Numbered from the whole stretch's first letter, positions 23,067 to 34,498 are shown. The stretch is 61,175 bases of DNA, filler included, from Circinaria calcarea (GCA_051942165.1; 17 parts of 17 records of this genome joined end to end with filler, not necessarily neighbours in it); one strand, 5' to 3'. Notes: generated from the sequence alone by a model not told the origin. Translations and numbers: made by a program.

Positions 23067-23735
23067 ATGTATCCCAAGACTCTCGCTGCGGTGCTCCTGT
23101 TCGCTTTGATGAGCGAAGTCATCGCCATCACCATTGGCTCAGCCAGGAACTTTGGTGTCTGCGGTGGCCAAACCGTTACCTCGACGGGTAACACCGTCAT
23201 CATTGGCTCCGTCGGCACCTCGCCAGGTACCTCCATCACCGGCTTTCCACCCGGCGTTGCCACCTCCCTTAACGCCGGCAACGTCGCAGCCTTCAACTGC
23301 ATCGCGGACATCTCGACCGCGTATAGAGCGTGCAAAGACGCCATCGCTCCAACCGACCGGACGGGCAGGCCGCTGGATGGTGCGGTACTCTTACCAGGAG
23401 CGTACAAATACGACACCACGGCAGCCCTAAACGCTGGCCAGACTCTCACGTTCAACGCGCTCGGCATCTCGACGGCCCAGTTCACTGTTAACGTCGGCAC
23501 CCAGCTCGACCTTTTCAGCAACAGCAAGATCCTGCTCAGCGGCGGCGCAAAGGCCTGCAGCGTCTTCTTCTGCGCTGGGACCTCCGTCGTTATAGGCGCC
23601 AACGCCGGCGTTAATGCTACCGTCATTGCGTTGCAGAGCATCAGCGTCGCCGATGCCATAACCAATAAGGGTGGCCTGTATGGCATCAATGCCGCCGTTA
23701 CCATGATCAACGATAAGATCATCTCCTGTGCGTAA
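23067..23735 (+). CDS. Secreted DUF3494 ice-binding-like protein (IBP-1 fold), intronless, 222 aa
   Basis: Signal-peptide-like N-terminus (MYPKTLAAVLLFALMSEVIA), then IGSARNFGV.GGQTVTSTGNTVIIGSVGTSPGTSITGFPPG, L.PGAYK, ILLSGGAKACSVFF and VIALQSIS...GGLYGINAAVTM. These match the DUF3494 beta-solenoid motifs. Confidence 0.9.
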   Translation: MYPKTLAAVLLFALMSEVIAITIGSARNFGVCGGQTVTSTGNTVIIGSVGTSPGTSITGFPPGVATSLNAGNVAAFNCIADISTAYRACKDAIAPTDRTGRPLDGAVLLPGAYKYDTTAALNAGQTLTFNALGISTAQFTVNVGTQLDLFSNSKILLSGGAKACSVFFCAGTSVVIGANAGVNATVIALQSISVADAITNKGGLYGINAAVTMINDKIISCA

Positions 23736-25994
23736 GCGTTGGATGTTTTGAGCAGTTGGTTTGCGCGGAGACATGTAGGTACGATGACAAGTGGATGGGA
23801 TGGCTTGGGACGGGATGGAATCGGAACGTTTATCCCTGAGGGGGATAAGCTGGCTAGCTTGCTACTTTTTGATTTTATTATTGATTGTATATTCTATTGC
23901 TCATGATAAAAGTTCGGCGGTCTCTGAGATTTCATTTAAAGCCAGTGCAATATATCTGAACGCTCGATTTATATATTCATGATTGTTTTCATCGCGGTAT
24001 AATGTCCATCCGCCCCTATTTCGAACAGACCCCCTTCCACAATATGCCAGAAGTATATCTCAGCTATGATGATTCGCCACGGGTTCTCGCATACTGCACA
24101 CAATATTAAAAACACCCGGATTTAAGCATGACTCTCGAATTGATCTTCGGAAATTTTACACTACACAAAAAAGGCCAATAAGTCGCTCACTCCACGACCC
24201 TATTCCATCCCATCCCCTCCGCAAAGAACATTGCATCTTCGCTTCCAGTGCACCCCCACCCACTCGTAGAAAACCCAGCTGGACACGAACCAAGTCAAAC
24301 CCCACGTTCCCACTGTCAGGAAAACTTCTCATAAGCTGCCGCAATGGCCAGCTCCCAGAAAACAGGAGGGGGGAGAAAACAAGGACGGGGAAACCACCAG
24401 GCCACTTAAAGCAGCCCCTGATGGGATTGAACCCAATCTTGGTGACATTCCCGCCTGAACATCGTTGCGCGCACACGCGGTTTCTGTCCCTTTCGCGAGA
24501 TTTGCTCCGACTAACGCCGTGGCGTGCCATTCTCGTAACGGCTTTTAGCTGAATGGGGCATAATCAACTTTTTCTGTCGGGAAGGCTGTGGCTAAACCGT
24601 TCCGATCGTGGTAATGGCCGTTGATCTGGAACATCTCTCGCACTATACAGGGGCTTGGCGCGTGCTGATTCGGCGTGTTCTAGGGGGGTTGGACTAGTGA
24701 ATTGGTGGCGTGTTTCTTTATGTTCTGCACCCGGGAGAAAAGATTCATTACCTACTCGAATGTGTGGGAAGTGGTTACGGACGGGGGGTGGCGCGGTTAT
24801 CAACGGCCGAGGTAGACTGCCTCATGCAGGGCCTCAATCCCGCCACTCGGGCCCGTGGTCGGAATCCGGGTACTCCACCTCAACCCCAAATTCTGCTGTC
24901 GGATTTTTTCTATTATTTATATACCTGGCCGTTATGCCCTATAAAAATCATCTATCGTCGAATATCGAGGCTGGGGCAGAAATGGGGTGGCGGAAACGCT
25001 AAGCCTAATTCGGCTATCGTAATTTTAAACCCTCCGGAAACGGCAAGAACAACATGTTTTAATATTTCCCTTACTTAATTTCAGTCGCGAAGATTTTATA
25101 AAATATATAATTTTATAAAAATATAATTTAATATTATATATTTACGGATTCTTATTACCGAGTAATTTTAAATTATTAATANNNNNNNNNNNNNNNNNNN
25201 NNNNNNNNNNNNNNNNNNNNNNNNNTTAATTAATTAANNNNNNNNNNNNNNNNNNNNNNNNNNNNNNNNNNNNNNNNNNNNCCCCCCCCCCCCCCCCCCG
25301 ACCACGAGGCTGGATAAGAATCGCGTTGATATACGAGGGTCGGTGACTGCCAACTTGGGCGGGAGTTATATTACCGCGTGGGAACTCCACGTCCAGGCCC
25401 GGTAAGGGTAGGACAGCACGACCCTGCAGACTATGCGCGAAGGGGGCAAGTTGTTATTATCCTACGACGAAAACAGGGTTCTGCTGCGGTGCAGCGGCGG
25501 CGAGGGCGGCTTTACACGACTATATCGATAATATATACTCGAGCGCGCATTATATAGGCGAGCACGCATCGCTAGGGGACTCACATGATGAAATGATTGA
25601 TGACTTGAAGAAAGGAAGAAAGAAAAACGGGAGCGTCGTCGTACAAAATAGCTATTGGACCGAGCATCGGCTATCACGTGCCGCCGGTGCGGGACCGCGG
25701 TTACGCTCGTACGGAATAAGCTATCTTCACGCCTACAGCCTACAGTTTCTATAGCGGATAGTGGACAGCGAAAGGAAAAGCCGGCGTGGGGGAGGAAAGG
25801 AAGAAGAGGGAGGGGAAAGAAAGCGTACGCGGGTCTAACTTCTCCACCTGGCTCTATCCCTCAAAGGTATCATCGTACGTGTAAAGGTAGAGGTATACAG
25901 AATAGCACCAATAAAATACATTAGGTAATTAATAATAATTAAACCTAATCACGCGCTGAACAGGAGGGTTTTCATGTTCCTTATATTAGGCTAT

Positions 25995-26169
25995 CACGCG
26001 GTTGACAAAATTCCTGGCACACCAAATGTCGCCAGCCGTAGTAAATCGCTTAAACGGGACCACTAAATTAGTGATGGCCCTTTGCGCTTGTATTGGTGCA
26101 AGGCCCGGATCTTAGGCGAGTATATAGCCCAAAAACTTTTGGTGTGCCAGGAATTTTGTCAACCGCGTG
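25995..26169. mobile_element. Non-autonomous DNA transposon (MITE), 175 bp, 32-bp perfect TIRs, 5-bp TSD GCTAT
   Basis: Left TIR CACGCGGTTGACAAAATTCCTGGCACACCAAA (25995-26026) has its exact reverse complement at 26138-26169. GCTAT lies at 25990-25994 and again at 26170-26174. Confidence 0.92.
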
Positions 26170-26324
26170 GCTATCAAAATGGTTTTCATACGGTCCGGCC
26201 GGATTTCTGGATTTCTCCGACCCCCAACAATTATTAAGAGCTTGGCGATTTCACTCTAATAACGCGCGAGATCTCACCGCAAAGAATCCCCCTATATAAC
26301 CTCTATATATTGCGCAACTTGCAT

Positions 26325-28076
26325 TCATTCATACTTCACTCCTCTTTTCAATGTATTTTTCTCTTGCCTCTCGCAATCTATGGAGTAGCGAATCTGTCCT
26401 CTTGTCATGCTCTCCCCCGCATCATTAATGACAGCAACATTCAGATTTACCGGCCTACTAAGTTGGCCCGACAAAGCACCGCCATGCAAGTGATTCAGAC
26501 TATTCCTATCGATGCCGGACAAAATCGCCACAATACCAAAGCCGCTATCAGTAGGCGTGTCGTAAAGAATAATCATGAAAAGAAACATAAAAATTGTCAA
26601 TATTGGTTGCAAGCAGAGCACGAGATAGAGTAGCCTGCTAGGGTTAAGCGTTATTCTTGTGGATAATAAAGTTTCGTTAGTCGCAGGATAGAATATTTCT
26701 GGATTATCCTTATAGGCTTTGGATAGGTAAGGGTTCATGTAGATCGAGCGAGCCCAGTACATCGTGGCGACCGATGTCACGATTGCGGGTATTCGCCACT
26801 GCGATGAGTTTCGGGATCCACATGGAGAGTATTCCGCGATTGTGTCGTGAAAGTACGGCAAAGCGTCGAGATAGAATGGAACAGTGTTGGTTAATGAACG
26901 GTATGTAGTCGGCAAGTGTGCGCAAGAACCCTCTGTCAGCTGGAAATCGTTCTTGCTGACATTCCAAGTCCCTGTACAGGTCTGCCGTTGGATGTCGAAT
27001 CTCATTGGCGAAGATTCCCGGAAATCTTTGCTGCGCTGGTCGTCGATGGAATGTGTTTCCAAGCTGTGTGATTGCTTTGCGAAATAGTAGTCTAGAAGAC
27101 AGTACGGGCTGTAGTTGCCGGAGCTGGCTCGCTGTTGATCGACTATCATACCAAGGCATATGGATCCTGGTTGCCATAGTTGAGCAGACGACATAATGGT
27201 TGCCTCTTCGAAGAGTTGTCCCCACGACGTGTCATCGTAATGATAGTCCTGAGAGGAAACGTTGTATCTAGCAACAGTGGCATTGACAGAGGCTGATAAA
27301 ATCCAAGACTCCTGATTGCTAATATTCTGCTGAATTGACGAGATATAGTCAGGCGCTGGTACATCCAACAAAGCAGTTGATGTATTGTCGATCAGCAAAG
27401 TATTGAAACCGTATGCTTTTGGAAGTTGTGAAACGGGCAATGAGATGTTATCAGTCGATGACGCAGCCAGGAAAGGAACACCGGCATTGATCGCATGATA
27501 TACCGAGGAACGGTTCAAGACATTGTAACTACCCATTGGAGGCGGTGCGACCCCATAGCTTCCAGAATATCTAGTGGTGATGCTCAACGTTGAGTATCCG
27601 TTGGTAAATCTCTTATACGCAACACTGAGTGCCAGAGGAAGGAATATTAGAAAGGAGAGGATGGCGCGCCACAAGGGCTGAGTATGCGAAAGAGTGACAG
27701 TATTCCTCAGGATAGACTCGTAATTCTGTAGGCGTGAATTGCCCCATCGTGCTTCGAGGTTGAGAAACAAAAGGGGAGCGACCCGCATCATGCACAGATT
27801 CATGATGCTCAAGAGGAAGCCGATGACGACAATTTGACCTTCGAAACCAAGTCGCCATGAGGGGGTCCAATCCGGCGTGATGACACAGATGGCAGCGATG
27901 AGACTTGCTATAGAGGCAACGACAGCTAGCACGTCGATTCCATTCACAAAAGGTTTCGCTCGCGGCTTTCCCAAAGCTGGGCCATCAGGCCCTTTGAGCG
28001 GGAAAGTATCGGTACCATGTTGGAAAGAAGTAAGCTCGGTCTCAGAGGCTACAGGCGAGTAGCAGGACTCAGACAT
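26325..28076 (-). CDS. Intronless 583-aa membrane protein of unknown function
   Basis: Long ATG-initiated ORF with about three N-terminal hydrophobic segments. A large Cys- and N-glycosylation-site-rich loop follows, then a C-terminal TM segment (LLYLVLCLQPILTIFMFLFMIILY). Confidence 0.85.
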   Translation of the reverse strand: MSESCYSPVASETELTSFQHGTDTFPLKGPDGPALGKPRAKPFVNGIDVLAVVASIASLIAAICVITPDWTPSWRLGFEGQIVVIGFLLSIMNLCMMRVAPLLFLNLEARWGNSRLQNYESILRNTVTLSHTQPLWRAILSFLIFLPLALSVAYKRFTNGYSTLSITTRYSGSYGVAPPPMGSYNVLNRSSVYHAINAGVPFLAASSTDNISLPVSQLPKAYGFNTLLIDNTSTALLDVPAPDYISSIQQNISNQESWILSASVNATVARYNVSSQDYHYDDTSWGQLFEEATIMSSAQLWQPGSICLGMIVDQQRASSGNYSPYCLLDYYFAKQSHSLETHSIDDQRSKDFRESSPMRFDIQRQTCTGTWNVSKNDFQLTEGSCAHLPTTYRSLTNTVPFYLDALPYFHDTIAEYSPCGSRNSSQWRIPAIVTSVATMYWARSIYMNPYLSKAYKDNPEIFYPATNETLLSTRITLNPSRLLYLVLCLQPILTIFMFLFMIILYDTPTDSGFGIVAILSGIDRNSLNHLHGGALSGQLSRPVNLNVAVINDAGESMTRGQIRYSIDCERQEKNTLKRGVKYE

Positions 28077-29492
28077 AGCTCAGCGAGTCGAATTGCGAAT
28101 GCAAGAGAGCGCTATGTGTACATTGAAGATACTGCCACAAATATGAGGACGAGTATGAATCCAAATGAACGTATAGTATTTGTACAGCCCACGGAGAAAA
28201 GATGTAGAATCACCCACAAGGTTTTCTTGCCAAAGTCATGAGTCAATAAAACAGGAGATCGGTACATCCTACGCTGATCAGTGCATGAAGATTCCTCATA
28301 CACCGACTATGTGAAAATATGATTGGGCACTAAACATGCACAAGGAGCTCAAGGCCCCGCCTCTCATCTCACCACAATCGGATACCTTGGAGCGGCGGCC
28401 GAATGAAAGTAGTACAAATGGACCTCGAAGATACCAGCGTCGTACAGTATCTGGATACCTCGGGTTGGAATGCGGAATAGCATCATGAACCCAGCTATGG
28501 CTTTTTTCTAAATATACGATTGGCCAATTTTAAACTAAGACCCTGGAATACTTTACAGTAGTAGGTTTTATACCTGGCAGCCCTACTCGGAGCAACTTCC
28601 CATTTCCAACCCGATGTGTCCAGATACTGTAAGGCTGCATGAACAATTTCAGCCCCTGGCCCCCCTTTAGCTGTCAAAAGAATCCTATGAGAAATGGCGA
28701 AGTCTAGGCAGCAGAAAAGCAACGAGGGCAGCTCCAGCCAATGTCGTTAGAGCTATTTTAGGCTTCTACTACTGTCCCCCCACNNNNNNNNNNNNNNNNN
28801 NNNNNNNNNNNNNNNNNNNNNNNNNNNTTAATTAATTAANNNNNNNNNNNNNNNNNNNNNNNNNNNNNNNNNNNNNNNNNNNNGTATTAATTACGGAGAA
28901 TTGCGTGTTGAGTAATAGAAAGAAATGGGAGTAATTATTATATCTGGGTTATGATGCTGGGGATATGCAGAATACCTACGCAGCGTTTCGATATACATTA
29001 GGTGTTATTGCTACATGAGTTAACGGTTAATATGTTTTGGATATGGGTTTCGGTTAAAGTTTGTTATAAAACGAGCAAAAATCTCCTTTCGTTATTAGAC
29101 AGTGTTCAAGTTAGATATAGTATTAAATGCGAAGAGTCTGGTCGATATAAAATTTCAGAATCGCATTGAAGGGTTCTTGTAAGTTGTGGCAGTAAGCACA
29201 AAGAAACTATAATTGGATAGAATCAGTTCTCGTAGGTTGGTTGAGCATAAACACTATGCAAAGTCCATAAACTCTAAATAAACCGGGTAGGTAAGATGTA
29301 TAAACAAATATGAGGAGATGACTACGTCTGACAGATGTAGTAAGACATAATAATAAGGTTCTCGAGGCCATGTTCTCTGATAGAGACTGTAGATTTCGTC
29401 GAGTCAAGTCACAATACATAGTCCCCAGTCAAGGGGGAACATTGGCAATCTTACTATTAGAAAATATATCAGGAATTGAACACAGTCTATTC

Positions 29493-32060
29493 CTAGACTG
29501 TAGAAGGCCCTGGTGATAGCGTAGGCGCCCCTAAATCGTTACAGACTTTTTCCAACCTCTTGCACTCCACGTCCCCGTATTCCTTTACAAAGGCTTGCAC
29601 AACTTCTCCAGCGTCAGTGAGCATGATACTTCCCACCCCGGCTCTAATTCTTAGATGCTCCGCAGTACGTAATGTTTGCATGGCGATTTCAAAAATGTAC
29701 GGCCCTAGAAACGGAAGCTGCGACTCATTTTCGAGGTATTCCGGTCCACTGTACTTGACGAATTTCTCGTGGAGGGCGGTGCGGAGTTGACGTAATAGCG
29801 ACCAACAATGTTGGTGCATCCTGAAATAGTCAAAGAGCAGCTTTGGCATTTCTCGAGTTAGAGACCCTTTTAGTGCTTCGAGTAGCTGAAGAGGAGTAAG
29901 TTTGTGGGACTCATTCCACTGCCGTCGTAGTGGTTTACTGTGAGAAGTACGTGGCTGGTTGTCTTGTGCTTGCTGACTGAGCAGTACCTCAACGTTGTGC
30001 ATAGTCAGAGCGGTCGAACCTTTGTTACAGTAACGATCTCGGAATAATTCTGCTATCGGCGATGATTCTTCAAGAGCTCTTGGGCCGCTTTTTGAAGCTA
30101 TCGGCTTCGTTCGCCTTCTGTTGCGTGCAAATTGTTCTGGAGAGTAGCCCAGCATCAAGCAGACCTGCTTGAAGCTATCCTCTATGGTTTTCGGTGCACC
30201 GCCAATAAAGACTCGCTCTGGCGTGTGCATATCGATCACCAGGTCCATGTCGGGCCACAAGTCAATCGGCGACTCCTTCTGCCTCAGTCCGTTGTATAGA
30301 TGCGCCGTGTATACGACAGAGCCCCATGCGTTGACAAGATCCACACCAGTCTCTTGTAGCTTAAGAACAACATGGAATGCCAAGACCCCACATAGTATCG
30401 GGTGGCGTTTCAACAAGTAGTAAGCCTCACTAGGATCTTCCAAACTGCCCCAAGCGACTGTCACTTTCTTCTTCTTTGCAAGGAGAGCATCTTCCAAAAT
30501 CCATTCATTGATACTTTTGCAGATATTGCGGAGGTAGAAATCATTCTCCTTTGGCCAAGTATCTGGTGCCTTGGTAGACCGAGAGAATGAAAGGTAGTCT
30601 TGTAAAGTATCTTTTGCACCAGTACCAATATCATAGAGATTATCAAAACCTCGGTCGACATCTCCACGCAGCAGATGGTGAATATCCAAGAAAATCTGTG
30701 TAGCAAACACAAGCCAGACCGAAATTTGTTTGCTCGAAACCATATTTCGTAGGCCGCGAGTTATCTCGTCTTCTGCAGGTAGATCGGCGCGAAGTTTAGC
30801 CAACAAGCAAAATTCAGGCATAATCTCCATCAAAATGATCAAATCCTCGCAATATCTCTGTGGAGCAGCCATGTTTGACCGATCCGCTCGGGGATTATAC
30901 ACACCAAAATGACCTCGCTTCATAACGGGGACTTCGTTATCGTGTAGAACATCACAGAACGAGTCTAAGAGATTATGTGACGGAGTGAATATCCACTCGG
31001 CCATGTTTTCTTCAAGCTCAACCTCATCGCTGAGTCCTTTAGGGTCCTGAAATCGTCGTACATTCTCCAGAATAACTTTAAGTGTCTCATCGTAGCCTCT
31101 GCAAGCAGGGTAGGATGCGAGGAAATCCTCCTCAGCGCGTTGGGCCAGTTCAAGCGCTGTATTCGTAGTGACCGATGCAGTGATAAGATCCACCTTCCTT
31201 TCACGATAATCAGACCACAGTTGGAGTATGCTGCCACGGATTCGATGCAGATCGTCAAGAAAACAAAAAATGGCAAACAGGGCATCATCTGCAGCGTCTC
31301 CGACTGCAATGGAAGATTCGAGCTCGTAAACTTTCTCAGGAGAAGGTTTTCCACTTAACGGAGAAGTGGTAGCTTTTATCGGCTCAGAAAAGTCTTGTTC
31401 TTGCATATCTTCTACGTCCAATAGTCCAAACATGTTTTCCAACGGTTCATAATTAACGCTTTTCGAGGAGGTCAAGTTGTCGGGAAGAGACTGCGGCTCC
31501 GACCCTGGAACGCTCGAGGCAGCCAACGACTCATCATGGGGACTTAGGGTAAGCAGTACCTCCTGGAGTAGGTCGATAAAATACGAGTGTTGATTGTTTA
31601 ATTGTGACTCGCGAGGATCGTCCGAGAACTGCTTCTTGAACCATGCTGCGCAACGTTTCCGGGCAGAGACCGCGCGAAGACCAAGCCGAATGATATTTGA
31701 AGGAACCTGTATAGCCATTTTCGTATTACTGGCAATGGCTCGCGCTTGGGGAAGAAGATCTTTGAGTGCAACAACATGCTTTGATGTGGGCGAGGCGATT
31801 GGAGGAATTTGCTGTGATACTGGCTTTCCTTGGGCGATGGCCGCCCTTATAGCTTCCATTGCCGCCCTCTTTGCCTCAATTCTGGCCTTGCCTTTTAGGC
31901 GCCGAGTCGGTGGCGCAGCTGCTTTATCCAGGGCAGGGCCAGACTGGGGGGAAACTGTGGTATATCCGCATTTTTCAGCAGTCTCCGAAAGCCACTTGAT
32001 GAACTTGGCTGTATCATGCTTGTAGCGTCTATAACTGCTGGCTAGAAAATCCGGTAACAT
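29493..32060 (-). CDS. DUF6604-family protein, intronless, 855 aa
   Basis: N-terminus MLPDFLASSYRRYKHDTAKFIKWL, plus RAVSARKRCAAWF, NNQHSYFIDLL and HLYNGLRQ...WPDMD, as recalled for fungal DUF6604 proteins. Confidence 0.8.
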   Translation of the reverse strand: MLPDFLASSYRRYKHDTAKFIKWLSETAEKCGYTTVSPQSGPALDKAAAPPTRRLKGKARIEAKRAAMEAIRAAIAQGKPVSQQIPPIASPTSKHVVALKDLLPQARAIASNTKMAIQVPSNIIRLGLRAVSARKRCAAWFKKQFSDDPRESQLNNQHSYFIDLLQEVLLTLSPHDESLAASSVPGSEPQSLPDNLTSSKSVNYEPLENMFGLLDVEDMQEQDFSEPIKATTSPLSGKPSPEKVYELESSIAVGDAADDALFAIFCFLDDLHRIRGSILQLWSDYRERKVDLITASVTTNTALELAQRAEEDFLASYPACRGYDETLKVILENVRRFQDPKGLSDEVELEENMAEWIFTPSHNLLDSFCDVLHDNEVPVMKRGHFGVYNPRADRSNMAAPQRYCEDLIILMEIMPEFCLLAKLRADLPAEDEITRGLRNMVSSKQISVWLVFATQIFLDIHHLLRGDVDRGFDNLYDIGTGAKDTLQDYLSFSRSTKAPDTWPKENDFYLRNICKSINEWILEDALLAKKKKVTVAWGSLEDPSEAYYLLKRHPILCGVLAFHVVLKLQETGVDLVNAWGSVVYTAHLYNGLRQKESPIDLWPDMDLVIDMHTPERVFIGGAPKTIEDSFKQVCLMLGYSPEQFARNRRRTKPIASKSGPRALEESSPIAELFRDRYCNKGSTALTMHNVEVLLSQQAQDNQPRTSHSKPLRRQWNESHKLTPLQLLEALKGSLTREMPKLLFDYFRMHQHCWSLLRQLRTALHEKFVKYSGPEYLENESQLPFLGPYIFEIAMQTLRTAEHLRIRAGVGSIMLTDAGEVVQAFVKEYGDVECKRLEKVCNDLGAPTLSPGPSTV

Positions 32061-32686
32061 ACTGACTGTTTTCCAAAGCTGTCAAGCTACTGAGTCACTA
32101 TGGCATTGATAAAGGAGCGAGAGAATAACTGCTGCTACAACTGCGTGTGTATGGTCTGCTATGCTGCATGCAATGCAGCGAGAGAATCTATCTATGTATG
32201 TGTGGGCGTAGGCGGAATAACGTTCGCCCGAGGATCTAACCCAAAAGGTTTGACACTTGACTACCGCCTTATGTCCGTTTTTCTAGGCTTCCATTACATG
32301 TACACCCCTTTAACCTACACGTACACCCCAAAAATCATAGTTGTACACCCCCCGGATTAGGTAATAATCGTCGTCATGTTATATNNNNNNNNNNNNNNNN
32401 NNNNNNNNNNNNNNNNNNNNNNNNNNNNTTAATTAATTAANNNNNNNNNNNNNNNNNNNNNNNNNNNNNNNNNNNNNNNNNNNNCCTTTCCCCCTTTCCC
32501 CCTTTCCCCCTTACAATCCCTTTTCCTCTCCCCAATCCCATCGTCGATACCTGCACCCCTATACTGGTAGGTTTTCCTGGTGCTTGTGGCGATCACTGGC
32601 CAGTTTTCGGAGAAGGTCCACAGTATGTTCGGGAGCAATTACTCATTGAACGAAGGCTTAAGGTTCAGTTTCTGTCGCTGAGGTGA

Positions 32687-34405
32687 TCAAGGCAGGGTCA
32701 GCAGAGGAGTCTTGCCTTCATCGAGACATCGCGTGTAGAAAACATCTAACAGAGTCTGTGGTAAACTTACCGAAAGGAAAAGTGAGGTCACCAGGCCCAC
32801 GGAACCGGAGACGTAGACAAGAATATATCTGTGCGCGTCAGCGTCTGGCCGGCTGAATGACTCGGCGTATCCACAACTCACACTTTCTGCAGAGAAGCCA
32901 TGATGACTTGTAGGCAATCAGCTCGGATCACAGGGTCCAACGTTGTGAAGAATCGCCGCTCGCTCCGGAGATGGCCATTTGGAGCAGCTGGCGAGGCACA
33001 TTGGGTATCACGACCTGGATCCCGGCCAGGGTGGTGTTTATGAAGATGGCGCCACCGATGGATAAGGTGAGAGCGAGGCCAAGGAGTTGACCTGCCCATT
33101 GAATCGGCACCGGTCTTTTCTAGGTCGGGCCTGGATTTCCTTACTGAAGACCATGAATGTGATGGCATAGACCATATGGGAACGACCCAACACTATTTAA
33201 ATAACGGAGTATGATGTCTGGAGGTAGCTACCAAAGCCGATTCCTAAGAGTATTTCGTATCCGTAAACCCTAGCGTTCGAAGTACCAAGATCAATCCGGG
33301 CTAAAATAACAAAGTCATTCCCTAGCACCCATATATACTAATCCCTCAGGTGCACTTACATATAAGCACTCCACCAGTGATTACCAATATACTTCCGAAG
33401 ATGTACCAAGGTTGATAGTATCCGGTTTTGGATAGCACACCGCCATTTATCATAATAGCAGCTGTGACTGTAATGATGAAAGGGAGTAGCTTTACGCCCG
33501 AATTCAATGAGGTAACTCCACGAGCAAACTGGAAATAGAGAGGGATATAATACATGAGTAAAAACAGGCCGCCGCTGCATGAAGCCATGAGGATAAATAG
33601 ACAAATTGGCTCTTTGATATTTGAAAAAAAATGAACCGGGAGTACTCGATTATCTGGGCTTATAAAGACTTGAAATGTTTGCTGTATAGAAAATCCAATC
33701 AGCAGGACGCCGACGATAACAAACATCGTAATGATCTGTCCGGATCCCCAGTTATAAACAGTGCCACCGAAATTGAAAGCCATGACTCCACAAGCAAGGA
33801 GTCCAGCCTGTAGGAGCGTTCCGAGAAATTCAAATCGTCGAAGTCGAGTCGAAATCAGTAGATTCGAATTAGGACTGGAGGACGGCAAGAGTATTAGGTA
33901 CACAGGGGCAAAAACTCCACCAATGACCAGGTTGAGATAAAATCCCCAACGCCATGTAGCTGTGGAGTCTGCAAATGCGCCACCAATAATAGGGCCAATG
34001 ACGGTTCCTTAAGCACAGTCAGCGTCTCCTAACGAGACACTTATCGCTGTCAGAGCTCTCAGATGTTCCTACCTATGCCATATGTCAGGCTGCTGCTTAA
34101 AGTCAACAGCAGAAACGAAGGATTCGGATTTGATGGCTAAACCCACACTAATGCCATGTATATGGGCCGTTCCACTTCCGTCGTATGTGAAGAATATAGC
34201 GTATTGACTCTGGTATTCATGCCATTACCACCAATACCCGCGATGACCCGCCCAACGATCATGGCAGGCATGTTTGGAGCTGCTCCACAGAGAGCGGAGC
34301 CAGCCATGAACAACAGGACAGAAATTAGATAAAGCCTTTTTGTGTCAAACAAACCATAGAGTTCTCCGAAGGGAAGGGCGGCGCAAAGGCCACCCATCAT
34401 AAACC
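32687..34405 (-). pseudogene. DHA2/14-TMS MFS efflux transporter, probable pseudogene (5' exons missing)
   Basis: GSALCGAAPNMPAMIVGRVIAGIGG, GTVIGPIIGGAFADSTATWRWGFYLNL, YYIPLYFQFARG. It has an in-frame TAA at 33197-33199 and a frameshift near 32950. No N-terminal exon is found between 34405 and the P450. Confidence 0.8.
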
Positions 34406-34498
34406 TAGAGAGTGTTTAAGTTAGATACAACGGCAAATATCTAAAATAGTACATAGTTTTGGCCATTCTATCTGGAATAGCACACGATATCTAAAATA

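Noticed and set aside
23000..23722. 240-aa minus-strand ORF
   Set aside because: Antisense shadow of the DUF3494 gene, caused by its GC-biased codon usage.
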